Source: Mantamonas sphyraenae STR306 (lineage: Eukaryota > Protista > CRuMs). From it: 64,000 nt of DNA. The notes below the pieces were generated by a model. The model had not been told where the DNA came from, made no database searches, and saw only the letters and a list, made by a program, of their open reading frames with translations. Location of the stretch: the NCBI GenBank assembly GCA_026936335.1, contig JAPMXV010000068.1:186001-250000 (forward strand), read 5' to 3'. Both the position numbers and the translations under genes were made by a program. Numbering within the stretch: the stretch's first letter is position 1; every line of letters begins with the position of its first letter. Positions 49,214-60,257 of this stretch are shown here, piece by piece.

Positions 49214-52200
49214 ATGACCCAGGCCCTCCAAGTCTCCACCACCAACGTAACCACGCACCAAGACGACACGGGCGCAACCCCATTGATCCTCGCGTGCAAA
49301 CACGCACGCGCCGACAAAGCTTGGGCGCTGTGTTCCGCGGGGGCAGACCCAGAGCTGGAAGACGCCACCGGACGACGTGCACTCCACTACGCAGTGGACG
49401 CAGACGCTTTCGAGTGCGCGTGGGTCCTCGTAGCACACTTCCGAGCAACCCCTTTGGAAATCCCACACCCGAATCCCCCCCCGACACGCACCAGGGTGCT
49501 CGCAACCGGATGGCGGGTGTGGGAGGAGGGAGCCAACGAAAGAGAATGGATGCGAGAAATGTGTTACGGAGGCGGCCGGCGTCAAGAGCGACGCATCCTG
49601 CCGTGGGAACCAGCGCTCCACTTTGCGGTGAGCCCAAGCGACGACACGCTTGTGGAGCTGACGCTGCTGATTGCCGAGGCGGAGCACCTGCCCAAAGCAT
49701 TCACCCTCCGCGTGGCCGAATGGCTGACAATGACCACCTCTCTGCCAGCCCCGCGCCGGCGCCCGCTGGCCACCTCTCTCGACCGCGAGCTCCTACGCGC
49801 CGTGCGCGCCAAGCGACCAGACGCCGTGGCCACGTGTCTCCAAGGCGCACCCAACGCGAGGCAGAACCGGTGGCAGAAAACCCTCGACCGCTGTGTGTCC
49901 GCGGCAGCCGAAAACGGCGACCCCGCCACCCTCCACACACTCCTCCAAGCTGGCGGGAAGCCGCAAAAGGAAGGCTGCGTAGCCTCCGCCGTCCAATCAG
50001 GTTCGACCGAGTGTGTACGATTGCTCCTCAACGCGGGCGCGGACCCCAACGGCACCTCCGCCTCTGGCTCCCCGCCGTTGGTTCTGGCGTGCAATGCAAA
50101 CAACGTGGCGATGGTCGACGCATTGCTCGCTGCCGGCGCCGAACCAACCGCCGACGCATCCGCGTGCCTGGAACGGCTCCACCTGTCTGAATCATCCACG
50201 CCGCGACAACCTCTCCCCGCCGACAGAGACACGGCGCTGATGAATGCGTGCATGCACGGATCCGAGGAAACCGTGCGCACCTTGTTGGAAGCAGGGCCAG
50301 GAAGCAACGATTGGATGGCATTGAAGCGAGCGGCTGCGCGAGGACACGCCTCCTGTGTATCGCTCCTCCTCCACGCCGGAGTAGACGTGGACGCGGTGGA
50401 CCACCATGGACGGACGGCGCTCATCGAAGCAGGAAAGCACGGGCACAGAGACTGTGTGGAGGCCCTGCTGGCGGCTGGGGCCGACCCCAACGCCACGGAT
50501 CTGCGCGGATGGACCGCGTTGTTGGCCGCCGACGACAAGAACCACCACTCCATCGTCGAGACCCTTCTCGACGCAGGCGCAGACCCAAACATGCGCATGT
50601 ATGGACAGTATGTGCTCACACGGGCCGCGGGCGCCGGACATCTCACCACCGTGCGCAAGGCTCTGAACGCCGGCGCGCATGTCGACGCGCTGAACGACCA
50701 AGGGGTCACCGCACTGTACTGTGCATGCGCACGTGGACACACGGCGTGTGTGCGTGCGTTGCTGGAGGCTGGGGCGGACCCCAACGCGACGAATCGAGGG
50801 CCGGAAACAGCGCTGTTTGCAGCTGCACGCGAGGGACACGCAGACTGTGTGCGTGTGCTGGCCCAGGCGGGTGCGTCGATGGATTCCCAAGAAAACAGAT
50901 CGCCCATGGCCTGGGCCGTCGAGAAAGGCGACGTGGAGATGGTGCGCACGCTGCTCGACGTCGGGGCAGACCCAAACGGGATGGGCCACGTCGACGGCGC
51001 CAGTGTGTTGGAACGGGCGGTGCGCAGATGCAGGGCCATTCCACAGTCGGGGCAGATTGTCCAGTTGCTGCTGGCGGGCGGGGCCGACGTACGCGGCCAC
51101 CCCAACGTGTTGATCACGGCCGCACGCCGTGCAGGCGCGCCTCAGGTGCGTCTGCTGTTGGCGCATGGGGCCGATGCATCTGCGTGTGGACCGGCGCTGC
51201 TCAAGGCATGGAGCCAGCGCAGCGAACGGTCCGTCGAGACGAAATCCAGCGTCGGGATGATGCTGGTGGAGGCCGGGGCGGACGTCGACGGCGTCAACCT
51301 GTACAACGACCGCGTAGGCGTGGCCATGGCAGCCATGGCAGTGGCTGTGGCCAAGGCGCCCATCCAAAAGTTGGTCCTGCGAGCACCAGACGTGGAACCG
51401 CAGGAGGACCACGACCTGGCGGCGCTGATCGCGGCCATGGAACGGCGCCCGGACATGATTGAGTGCCTGGAGCTGGAGTGTTTCACTCTGAGACAAAGGG
51501 AAAGCACTGCGGCGATGCGTGTGGTGGCAACGCAGGTGCCAGAGGTGTACCTGACCTGGTGTGAGGTCGGTCTCGAGGTGTGGTCCGCTCTCTGCGACGT
51601 GTTGGCGAGTGGAACGTGTCCGCTGCGTGTGCTGGGTCTGCAGTACACCGAGGTTCCGGCGTCGGTGCAGAAGGAGTTGCAAATGCACATCCTGGCCGGC
51701 AATGGGACACGTGTGGAGACGCTGCTGGTCACGCAGTGGGTGGACACAACCGGGCTGATCACACTGTCCAACGACAACTGGAGCGTGTGCAAAGTGTACG
51801 AGTCCGAATACGAACACGCCTGTGTGACCGAGGAATCCAAGGGGTTGCTACGGCGGAACCGCGACGCCGTGCGTGCGATGCAAGACGCCGCACGCAGGGG
51901 CGACGTCGATGGCGTGCGCGACGTCGTTGCACGCGGAGTGCACATTGACACACGCGGCGGAGATTTCACGACAAAAGACCAAACGGTGTTGGAGATTGCC
52001 CTGACGGAGCGCCATGATCCCATCGTGGCGCTGGCACAGACCCTTGGCGCACGGCCATCGAGTATGGCCATGGAGATCGTGAAAACCCACGGACTATGGC
52101 GTCGCGACCTGCATTGGCTGGCGTGGGCAGAGGTGGACGAAGCACTCGAGACGGCGCTGGTGATGAACATGGAAGAGCGCGAACGGATGTTTGACGCCGG

Positions 52201-52300
52201 GGGCATGGACGCGTACGTGGAGGAGTTGAATGGCTGGACGCGCTGGGTCACCCAACCAGACGAAATCATGGAGCGTGTGATCCACTGGATAGCTGTGTGA
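49214..52300 (+). CDS. Ankyrin-repeat protein with degenerate LRR-like segment and conserved C-terminal tail
   Basis: Many G.TAL..AA..GH...V..LL.AGADPN repeats; tail ...TQPDEIMERVIHWI. Confidence 0.88.
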   Translation: MTQALQVSTTNVTTHQDDTGATPLILACKHARADKAWALCSAGADPELEDATGRRALHYAVDADAFECAWVLVAHFRATPLEIPHPNPPPTRTRVLATGWRVWEEGANEREWMREMCYGGGRRQERRILPWEPALHFAVSPSDDTLVELTLLIAEAEHLPKAFTLRVAEWLTMTTSLPAPRRRPLATSLDRELLRAVRAKRPDAVATCLQGAPNARQNRWQKTLDRCVSAAAENGDPATLHTLLQAGGKPQKEGCVASAVQSGSTECVRLLLNAGADPNGTSASGSPPLVLACNANNVAMVDALLAAGAEPTADASACLERLHLSESSTPRQPLPADRDTALMNACMHGSEETVRTLLEAGPGSNDWMALKRAAARGHASCVSLLLHAGVDVDAVDHHGRTALIEAGKHGHRDCVEALLAAGADPNATDLRGWTALLAADDKNHHSIVETLLDAGADPNMRMYGQYVLTRAAGAGHLTTVRKALNAGAHVDALNDQGVTALYCACARGHTACVRALLEAGADPNATNRGPETALFAAAREGHADCVRVLAQAGASMDSQENRSPMAWAVEKGDVEMVRTLLDVGADPNGMGHVDGASVLERAVRRCRAIPQSGQIVQLLLAGGADVRGHPNVLITAARRAGAPQVRLLLAHGADASACGPALLKAWSQRSERSVETKSSVGMMLVEAGADVDGVNLYNDRVGVAMAAMAVAVAKAPIQKLVLRAPDVEPQEDHDLAALIAAMERRPDMIECLELECFTLRQRESTAAMRVVATQVPEVYLTWCEVGLEVWSALCDVLASGTCPLRVLGLQYTEVPASVQKELQMHILAGNGTRVETLLVTQWVDTTGLITLSNDNWSVCKVYESEYEHACVTEESKGLLRRNRDAVRAMQDAARRGDVDGVRDVVARGVHIDTRGGDFTTKDQTVLEIALTERHDPIVALAQTLGARPSSMAMEIVKTHGLWRRDLHWLAWAEVDEALETALVMNMEERERMFDAGGMDAYVEELNGWTRWVTQPDEIMERVIHWIAV

Positions 52301-52344
52301 GACCCACTCCCCCCCCTCTCTCCCAAACAAAACCCCCCACATCG

Positions 52345-55167
52345 ATGAGCACGACCCCATCTCTTGCCAAGGTGTGTGGACGACGAGGCACTGTGGCCAA
52401 AATGACACAGGTACTCCGGGAGGAAAACATAGACGTCAACGCGCAGGACGACGAGACAGGCGACACGCCATTGATCCTCGCGTGCAAACACGCACGCGCC
52501 GACAAAGCATGGGCGCTGTGTTGCGCAGGGGCAGACCCAGAGCTGGAAGACGCCACCGGACGACGTGCACTCCACTACGCAGTGGACGCAGACGCATTCG
52601 AGTGCGTGTGGGTCCTCGTAACACACTTCCGAGCAACCCCTTTGGAAATCCCACACACAGGCTCCCCCACACGCACCAGGGTGCTCGCAAGCGGATGGCG
52701 GGTGTGGGAGGAGGGACCCAACGAACGAGAATGGATGCGAGAAATGTGCTACGGGGGCGGCCGGTGTCAAGAGCGACGCATCCTGCCGTGGGAGCCAGCG
52801 CTCCACTTTGCGGTGAGCCCAAGCGACGACACGCTTGTGGAGCTGACGCTGCTGATTGCCGAGGCGGAGCACCTGCCCAAAGCATTCACCCTCCGCGTGG
52901 CCGAATGGCTGACACTGACCACAAAGCCAAAGGGGCGCTTCCAACGCGCGCCCCGTGCACGTGCACCGAAAGCAGAGACACCAAGTGAGCTGTTCAAAAG
53001 GGGTGGCCGAAACACGACCTCTGGACCATCCGCACCACAACGTCGAACGCGGGGTGGACGCAAAGGGACTGCGGATCGGCAGCTGTTGGCGGCTGTGGTG
53101 CGCAAGGACACAGAGGCAGTGAGAGAGCTGCTACAGGAGCACATGGGCGCTCGTGTGATTGCGGAAGCGTGGAGGCGAGCGTTGGTGGAGGCTCTGAGCT
53201 TCGCAGCGCACACCGGCGACGCAAAGCTCGCACAGATGGCACTGGAAGCAGGAGCGAATATGGATGGGGTAGCAGCAAACGGATATACTGCGTTGATGGA
53301 AGCGAGCCATATGGGCAGCGAGGAGGTCGTGGCGATGCTGTTGGATCGGGGAGCGGATGCAAAGAGTTCGACAACCCACAACTGGAACGCGCTCGTGTTC
53401 GCGGTGGATGCAGGGCATGTTGGGTGCGTGAGGCTGCTGCTGCACACTGGATACATGTCCAAGGCTTTGATTATCGCAGAGATCAGGTCCCGCAACGAGA
53501 TAATCGGCATCCTGCTCGATGCAGGAGCAGACCCAAGCACACGCGAAAAAGGCTGGAACATGCTTGCGCGAGCAGCAGAATCTGGCAATGTCGAGGCCAT
53601 GCGCATGCTCCTTGCGGCTGGAGCAAACGTGGACGCCATCAACACTGCCAACGGCTCGACCGCGCTGTTTGTTGCTTCCGATCTTGGGAGGACCGAATGC
53701 ATGCAGCTCTTGCTCGAGGCAGGTGCAAACCCAAACCGTACGGGCGATCGGACGATTGCGCTGATTGTAGCTGCACAGAAGGGCCATGTGGACTGCGTCC
53801 GGCTGCTGGTGCGAGCGGGTGCCTCGCTCGATCAAGTCTGCCCAGGTGGGCGCACGGCCTTGGGCCATGCGATTGTCGCCGGCGACGCCGAGATGGTGCG
53901 TGCGCTGCTGCAAGAGGGGGCAGACCCAAACGGCCTGGCTCACCAAGACGGCATGCCTGCGCTCGAGTGTGCCGTGCACAAAGGCACACCAGACGTCGTG
54001 GAGCTGCTTCTGGACCACGGAGCTGATCCGAGGCTATGCGATGACGCCTTTTTGTACCAGTGGCTCGACAGGACCATCGACGATGGCGACAAGATGCGCG
54101 TTGCCACAAGGCTGGTGGAGGCCGGGATCGACGTGAGTGGCGCAAACCTGGCCAGTTTCAAAGGCGTGGCGATTGCCGTAAAGGCTGTGGCAGTGGCCAA
54201 GCATCCGATCCATTCGCTCATCTTTTCCTGGAGCTCGGATGGCGACAGGCCAGAGCTTGATTTGGACGAGCTCGTGCATGTGATGGAACAGCGCCCGGGG
54301 TTCGTGGAGGGAATCTCCCTGGACCACGTCCGCGTGGCAGGACAGCCATCGGCAATGGTCGTCCTCGCGACGCAGTTGACATTCCTCTCCATGCAGGATT
54401 GCGTCCTGGATGACTTGCAATGGGACGTGCTCGTCGCCACAATGGCGAGCGGAGAGAGCACGCTGCACGGATTGCACCTGTGGGGCACGGAGATTCCCAT
54501 CCACGTGCAGAAGCAGCTGAAATTGGAAGTCCTGGTCAGCAACACGAGCAGGCTCGAGTCCCTGGAAGTGTCCAACTGGCATCCCAACCTCGGTCCCATC
54601 ACTCTTGACCAGCAAAACTGGAGAATGTGCCACATCAGGGCATCGAGAATGACCCCGTCCCTGCTCGGGGAAGCTTTTCGCTTGTCCCTTGTCGTTGTGG
54701 CAGTCGAATCTTTCGGGGTGATGAAGCGGAACCGCGACGCCGTGAGTGCGATGCAAGACGCCGCACGCAGGGGCGACGTCGATGGCGTGCGCGAAATCGT
54801 TGCACGCGGAGTGCACATTGACACACGCGGCGGAGATTCCAAGTCGGTGTTGGAGATTGCCCTGACGGAGCGCCATGATCCCATCGTGGCGCTGGCACAG
54901 ACCCTCGGCGCACGGCCATCGAGTATGGCCATGGAGATCGTGAAAACCCACGGACTATGGCGTCGCGACCTGCATTGGCTGGCGTGGGCAGAGGTGGACG
55001 AAGCGCTCGAGACGGCGCTGGTGATGAACATGGAAGAGCGCGAACGGATGTTTGACGCCGGCGGCATGGACGCGTACGTGGAGGAGTTGAATGGCTGGAC
55101 GCACTGGGTCACCCAACCAGACGAAATCATGGAGCGTGTGATCCAGTGGATTGTGAACCCCCCCTAA
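52345..55167 (+). CDS. Ankyrin-repeat protein, tandem paralog
   Basis: Ankyrin repeats; the N- and C-terminal blocks are nearly identical to the previous gene; first ATG at 52345. Confidence 0.88.
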   Translation: MSTTPSLAKVCGRRGTVAKMTQVLREENIDVNAQDDETGDTPLILACKHARADKAWALCCAGADPELEDATGRRALHYAVDADAFECVWVLVTHFRATPLEIPHTGSPTRTRVLASGWRVWEEGPNEREWMREMCYGGGRCQERRILPWEPALHFAVSPSDDTLVELTLLIAEAEHLPKAFTLRVAEWLTLTTKPKGRFQRAPRARAPKAETPSELFKRGGRNTTSGPSAPQRRTRGGRKGTADRQLLAAVVRKDTEAVRELLQEHMGARVIAEAWRRALVEALSFAAHTGDAKLAQMALEAGANMDGVAANGYTALMEASHMGSEEVVAMLLDRGADAKSSTTHNWNALVFAVDAGHVGCVRLLLHTGYMSKALIIAEIRSRNEIIGILLDAGADPSTREKGWNMLARAAESGNVEAMRMLLAAGANVDAINTANGSTALFVASDLGRTECMQLLLEAGANPNRTGDRTIALIVAAQKGHVDCVRLLVRAGASLDQVCPGGRTALGHAIVAGDAEMVRALLQEGADPNGLAHQDGMPALECAVHKGTPDVVELLLDHGADPRLCDDAFLYQWLDRTIDDGDKMRVATRLVEAGIDVSGANLASFKGVAIAVKAVAVAKHPIHSLIFSWSSDGDRPELDLDELVHVMEQRPGFVEGISLDHVRVAGQPSAMVVLATQLTFLSMQDCVLDDLQWDVLVATMASGESTLHGLHLWGTEIPIHVQKQLKLEVLVSNTSRLESLEVSNWHPNLGPITLDQQNWRMCHIRASRMTPSLLGEAFRLSLVVVAVESFGVMKRNRDAVSAMQDAARRGDVDGVREIVARGVHIDTRGGDSKSVLEIALTERHDPIVALAQTLGARPSSMAMEIVKTHGLWRRDLHWLAWAEVDEALETALVMNMEERERMFDAGGMDAYVEELNGWTHWVTQPDEIMERVIQWIVNPP

Positions 55168-56651
55168 CTCCCCACCCACCCAATTACCCTCTCCATCACC
55201 TCATCCGGCACCGTCCACCACTCACAACTCGCCTCGTACCCCTCCATCCCGCCACACCCAAACATCACCTCCCTCTCCTCCGCATTCATCACCAACGCCA
55301 CCTCCATCGCCTCATCCACCTCCACACCCCACCCCATCCAATGCCACGCCCTCTTCCACCCCCTGCCCCTCACGTCTTCCCTCACCGCCTCCCTCACCCT
55401 CGCCCCCCACCGCCTCAACCTCTCCACCACCTCATCCCGACCCTCCGCCACCGCCACCTCCAACGCCGTCTCCTCCCACACGACACACACATCCACCGGC
55501 ACGCCCCACTCCCTGCCCGCCTCCATCCCGTCCACATCCCCGTTCCTCGCACACTCCACAAACGCCACCGCGCGCGCCCGATTCTCCGCCAGCATCGCCT
55601 CCAGCCGCGCATCCTCGACGCCCGACACCTCCCAACACGTCCGATTCCCCTTTATGGCCTCTACGATCGCATCTGCGCCGATCTGACACCCCGTCAGATT
55701 CACACCCTGCACCCCGTCGGCCCGCACCAACGCCGCCGCCCCCGCGTCTCCAATCCCCGTGTTGCGGCCCACATTCACATAGCACACTACGCCATGACTC
55801 GCTGCAATTGCCATGGCGCCGTCGTCCCCAATCTCATTCCACGACAGCAGCAGCTGCTCCAAATGACCATTCCTCCGCAATCCAGCTGCCAGCGCCGCCG
55901 CCCCGTCGTCCCCCACCCCACACCCCTGCAGCCCCAGCACCCTCAGGCCCTTGTTCACCCCCAGCGCCTTGCCCAACGCCTTGCACCCGTCTCTGCCGAC
56001 GCTGTTTGTCGCCAGCAGCAGGTCTTCCAACGTCCAATTCACCTCCAGCGCCCTTGCCAACGCCTCGCACCCATACTCCGAAAAATGATTGCCGTGCAGG
56101 TTCAGCGTACGCAGCCTCGTGTTCTTCCTCAGCCCTTCTGCCAACGCCTCTGCGCCCTCGTCCCAGAGGATGTTGTTGTCCACGTGCAGATCTCGCAACC
56201 CGACATTCACCGCCAACGCCTTTCCCAACGCCACCGCCCCGTCATCCCCAAAGCACGCCGACTCCAAATACAGCTCCTCCAGCGTCTCGTTCACACACAA
56301 CGCCTCGCCCAGCGCCCTTGCGCCCTGGACCTGCACCAGATTTCCCGCCAGCTTCAGCACGCGCAGCGTCGCGTTTGCACGCAACGCCTTTCCCAGCGCC
56401 TCTGCTCCCGCCCCTTTAATATCGTTGTTGTCCAAGCCCAGCACTGTCAACGTCGCGTTCACCTCCAGTGCCTGGCCCAGTGCCTCTGCCCCGGCGTCCC
56501 CCAGCCCGTTCCCGTCCAAATCCAGCTCCTCCACCACTGTGTTCTCCCGCAGCGCCGCCGCCAACGCCCTCACCGCCTCGTCGTCCAAGCCCCTGTCTTC
56601 CAACGACAGCTCCTTGCCCGCGCTCTCCACCTCCCTGACAATGTCGCCCAT
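55164..56651 (-). CDS. RNI-like (NLRC3/CARMIL-type) LRR protein with a C-terminal ankyrin pair and the shared tail
   Basis: 28-aa repeats L.L..N.LGD.GAEAL..AL..N.TL; tail VDEAMEVALVMN...TVPDEVMERVIGWV. The start codon is uncertain. Confidence 0.85.
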   Translation of the reverse strand: MGDIVREVESAGKELSLEDRGLDDEAVRALAAALRENTVVEELDLDGNGLGDAGAEALGQALEVNATLTVLGLDNNDIKGAGAEALGKALRANATLRVLKLAGNLVQVQGARALGEALCVNETLEELYLESACFGDDGAVALGKALAVNVGLRDLHVDNNILWDEGAEALAEGLRKNTRLRTLNLHGNHFSEYGCEALARALEVNWTLEDLLLATNSVGRDGCKALGKALGVNKGLRVLGLQGCGVGDDGAAALAAGLRRNGHLEQLLLSWNEIGDDGAMAIAASHGVVCYVNVGRNTGIGDAGAAALVRADGVQGVNLTGCQIGADAIVEAIKGNRTCWEVSGVEDARLEAMLAENRARAVAFVECARNGDVDGMEAGREWGVPVDVCVVWEETALEVAVAEGRDEVVERLRRWGARVREAVREDVRGRGWKRAWHWMGWGVEVDEAMEVALVMNAEEREVMFGCGGMEGYEASCEWWTVPDEVMERVIGWVGS

Positions 56652-56760
56652 GATCAAGATTTGTATTGACGCGGCAAGAGACGATGCATTGCATTGAAAT
56701 GCTCTCATTACACCCACAATCACACAACCCCCTTCAACTTCTTCACTCACGCCTCACACC

Positions 56761-58474
56761 TCACCTCCTCTTCACCCCCCACACCTTGACCACCCTCTCC
56801 CCGCCGCCGTACGACACCATCAAACTCCTCCCGGGATGAACCGCCACCCCACTCACCACCCCCTTGCCCAGCCTCCACATCCCCTCCAACTGGCCACTGC
56901 TGCGCTGCATCGCGTACAACACCCCATCGCCCCCGACGCCGTACAACCACTCCCCGCCCCAGCTCACCGCCGCCCACACAAACGCCCCCTCTGCCGTTTC
57001 GTTCCCGCTGCTCATGCTGGCCACACACTCGCCGTACACCGTCACCACGTGCACGCGATGGTCACGCGCACACACCACCACCTCTGTGTCCGACCCGGGC
57101 ACGCGCACCACGCGCTCCACACTCGCCCCCGCGGGGCCCTCCCACGTCTCTCCGCCGCCGCCCATCCTGCACACAACCTCTCCCGTCGACACGTCCTGCA
57201 CCAGCACACGGCCCTCGCTGTCTCCGCTCACCACACGCCTCCCGTCTGCCGTCCACGTGGCGCTGTTTACAAAGCTGCCCGCGTGCCCTGCCAGCTCACC
57301 CACCATCCCTCCGCTGCGCATGCCCCACACACGCACCGTCCCGTCCACCGACGCCGTCAGCAGCGTGTCTCCGCTCCCGCCCTTAAACTCCACGCTCGTC
57401 ACACGTGCCCCGTGCGCCCCGCGCAGCACCTGCCTCGCCTTGCCCGTCCCAAAGCCCCACACAAACACGTCTCCATCCACAGTGCCCGCACACAGCCACT
57501 CTCCGTCTGTGCTCAGGCCCAGGCTGCTCACCGCCCCTCCCGTCGACAGGATCGCCCCGCCCGCCTGGTACACAAACTCCATGCTCAGCTTGCCCGTCTC
57601 CACCTCCCACACCTCCACCAGGCCCTCCACCGAGCCCGTCACCACGTGTCGCCCGTCCACACTCAGCACTGCGCTCTCTGCATGCGACCCCTTTGGCAGC
57701 TTCACCCGCCCCACCACCTCCCGCGGCGGCACGTCCCCGTCCTCCTCGCCCCATCCGCCCCCGCTGCCCAGACCCTGAAACACGTCCACCTTGCTGTGTC
57801 GTTCCACACGCCCTGCATACTGTTCCCACTTTAACGCCTCGCCCACCAGCCGCAGCAGCCGTCCCGACGGCGCACTCTGCACCTCGCTCGCCAGCAGTCT
57901 TGCCACCGCTGCACGCTCCTTCTCCTTGCTGCTGGTCCCGTACGCCTCCCGATGGTCCAGATACGTCTTGCTTGCCAGCCGCTCCAGTGCCATGTACCGC
58001 TCCGGGTTCTCCTCCTTCAACCACTGCATGGCTTCCGTCTCCCGCAGCACCTCTCGTGCCGCTTCGTTCTCCTTCAGCTCCAGCAGCTCCAGCACAACCT
58101 GTTCGTGCACGCGCATGCTCGTCTGTGCGCTGATGCTGACCCCTCGGATCGTGCTCAGCACCACGTCCCAGTTGCCCGCCACCACGTTTTCCGTCAGCGC
58201 CTCCACGTCCTCCACGCTGTTCAGTCCCACCTGTGTCTCCTCCTTCAGCGCCGCCAGCGACCCATACAGTCCGTGTTCGTTTATGAATTGCATCATCAGC
58301 CGGATGATACTGCCGCCCCCCCCCCCGCTAGCGTGTCAGTGTGCAGAGTGTTGGCACATGATCATGACGATGATCAACAACTCACTCTTCAGACTCAATC
58401 TCCACTGGCGGCACACTTGCTTGGTACACCTCTGACGAGGCCGAGCCCGACCCTGACCCTGACGACGACGACAT
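56761..58474 (-). CDS. SMU1: SMU1 WD40 splicing factor; exon 58474-58386, intron 58385-58310, exon 58309-56761
   Basis: The spliced N-terminus reads VEIESEDIIRLMMQFINE..LKEETQVGLNSVE, then EQVVLELLEL, PERYMALE.L, REAYGTSSKEKER, ALKW (LisH/CTLH), followed by WD40 repeats. Confidence 0.93.
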
Positions 58475-58542
58475 GTGGCTCCGTGTTCCTTGCTTGCCCC
58501 GGCCGCCGCACCGCAAAGACTCTCCTCTCTCCCTGGGCCGCC
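58475..58542. promoter_or_regulatory. 68-bp divergent intergenic gap (bidirectional promoter)
   Basis: The SMU1 ATG (58474, minus) and the ankyrin-protease ATG (58543, plus) are head to head. Confidence 0.5.
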
Positions 58543-60101
58543 ATGGACACAGACAAACTCGACGCCCTCGCCTTTCTCGACCTGCCTCTGCTCGAACTGT
58601 ACGCAGAGGACCCCGAGTTCAACGTGGACGCCTCGATCAACAGCGACGACCAAACAGCCCTCCTCATCGCCGCCTCCACGGGCAACCACGCCGCCGTCTC
58701 CTTCCTCCTGGCCCACGGCGCAAACCCACGCCACACAGACGCCCTGGGCAACACAGCCCTGCACAACGCCGCACGTGCAGGCTCTCGCGACGTCCTCCAG
58801 GCCCTCGTGCGCGCAGGCGCAAACCCGCAGCGTCCCAATGCCTCGGGCCTCAGCCCCATCGACGTCGCCATCGACGCAGGCGTCTCGGACGCCGTCGCCT
58901 ATCTGTTCTCCGACGATTGTGCCGACGACGCCAAGCTTGCCGTCTCCCAAAAGGTGGCCCAGGCCAAAGGAAGGCCCCCCACGCCTCCGGCCCCTCCTCC
59001 CAAGGATCTCCTCGCGGGCATTGGCGACCGCGACCTGCCTCCGCCCAACAGCGCCCTGAAACCCGACCAAGAGCGATCCCTGCGCGCCGTCCATGCCTCT
59101 GTCCCTGCCCTCAAACCCTTTTGGTACGTCTGCGACGGCTACGACGACGACGGCTGGGGCTGCGGCTACCGCTGCATCCAGATGCTGCTGTGGCAGGTGC
59201 ACACCCAGCTCAAGGGCAACGACAACCCATCCATCCCCACCGTGCCCGAACTCTGCGACCAGATGGCCGGCGACCTCGGCATCGACGAAGCCGCTCCGGG
59301 CAAGTGGGCAGACGCAGACTGGATCATCAAGTACATGGACAACCTCATCGACCTCGACCACGTCTACCACTTTTACCACAATCGACGCTCCGCCTTTGAC
59401 CTCGTCAACAAACTCCACGCACACTTTCAACGCTCGCCCCTCATGGCCGTCGTCATCGGCGGCGGCATCATCTGCTGCATCGGCGGCGTACGCCACGTCT
59501 CCCAATCGCCCGCCGGCGCCGCTCCAGCTCCCGTCGAGGGCAACGTGGGGAGGAGGAGCACGTGGACGCAGACGCGGAGAAGGACCAGGACGAGGAGGAC
59601 GACGGCATGACTATCTCCGTTGCCGGCGTCTCTTCCTCCACAGGCGCCAGCAGCAACATGGAATCGTCCAAAGCAAGCGCAAACAGCGGGGCAAACAAAG
59701 ACGACGACGAGCAGCACATCGTGTGCACAGACATGCAGGACGTGGGCAACGTCGTCCAGCTCTTTGTCGCCGATCCACACGGCCCTCCCGACCAATGGAC
59801 CCGTCAAGGCGTCCAGCTGCGACACCAGAGCTCGGCCGAAGGGAGCACAGACAACGACAACCAACAGCAAACGGACCAGGCCGCTCTCCTCACCCTCATG
59901 CAGGCCGGCAAGGGAGGCGTCGGGTGGATTGATCTCAACGAGTTTTTCCTCGGCGCCGTCGACGAGGAAATGCGCACCTTTCTCCTCGACGACGACAGCG
60001 TCCTGCAAAACATGTCCTGGACCGTCGTCATGTTTTCCGAAAAGGCAAAGGGGGGCGATGGGGAAGGCGAGGATGGAGAGGGAACACAGGGCGAGCAGTG
60101 A
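58543..60101 (+). CDS. Ankyrin repeats fused to a UFSP/ZUP1-like peptidase C78; 1-nt frameshift near 59550
   Basis: Ankyrin repeats, then YVCDGYDDDGWGCGYRCIQML (catalytic Cys motif). The next frame supplies LFVADPHG (Asp-Pro-His) and GVGW. The shift lies in a GGGG run. Confidence 0.8.
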
Positions 60102-60257
60102 ATGTCCATGCTGGTTGTTTCATGTGGTTTGCTGTTCATGGATGCACACGCCCACTCGCAATCTCTCTCTCATGACTGCACACTGTTTCCCGGAATCCTG
60201 TGGATTGACAACTGCACGCGGTGTGGCCTGCGCTTCGCGTGCCAACCAATCTCATCC

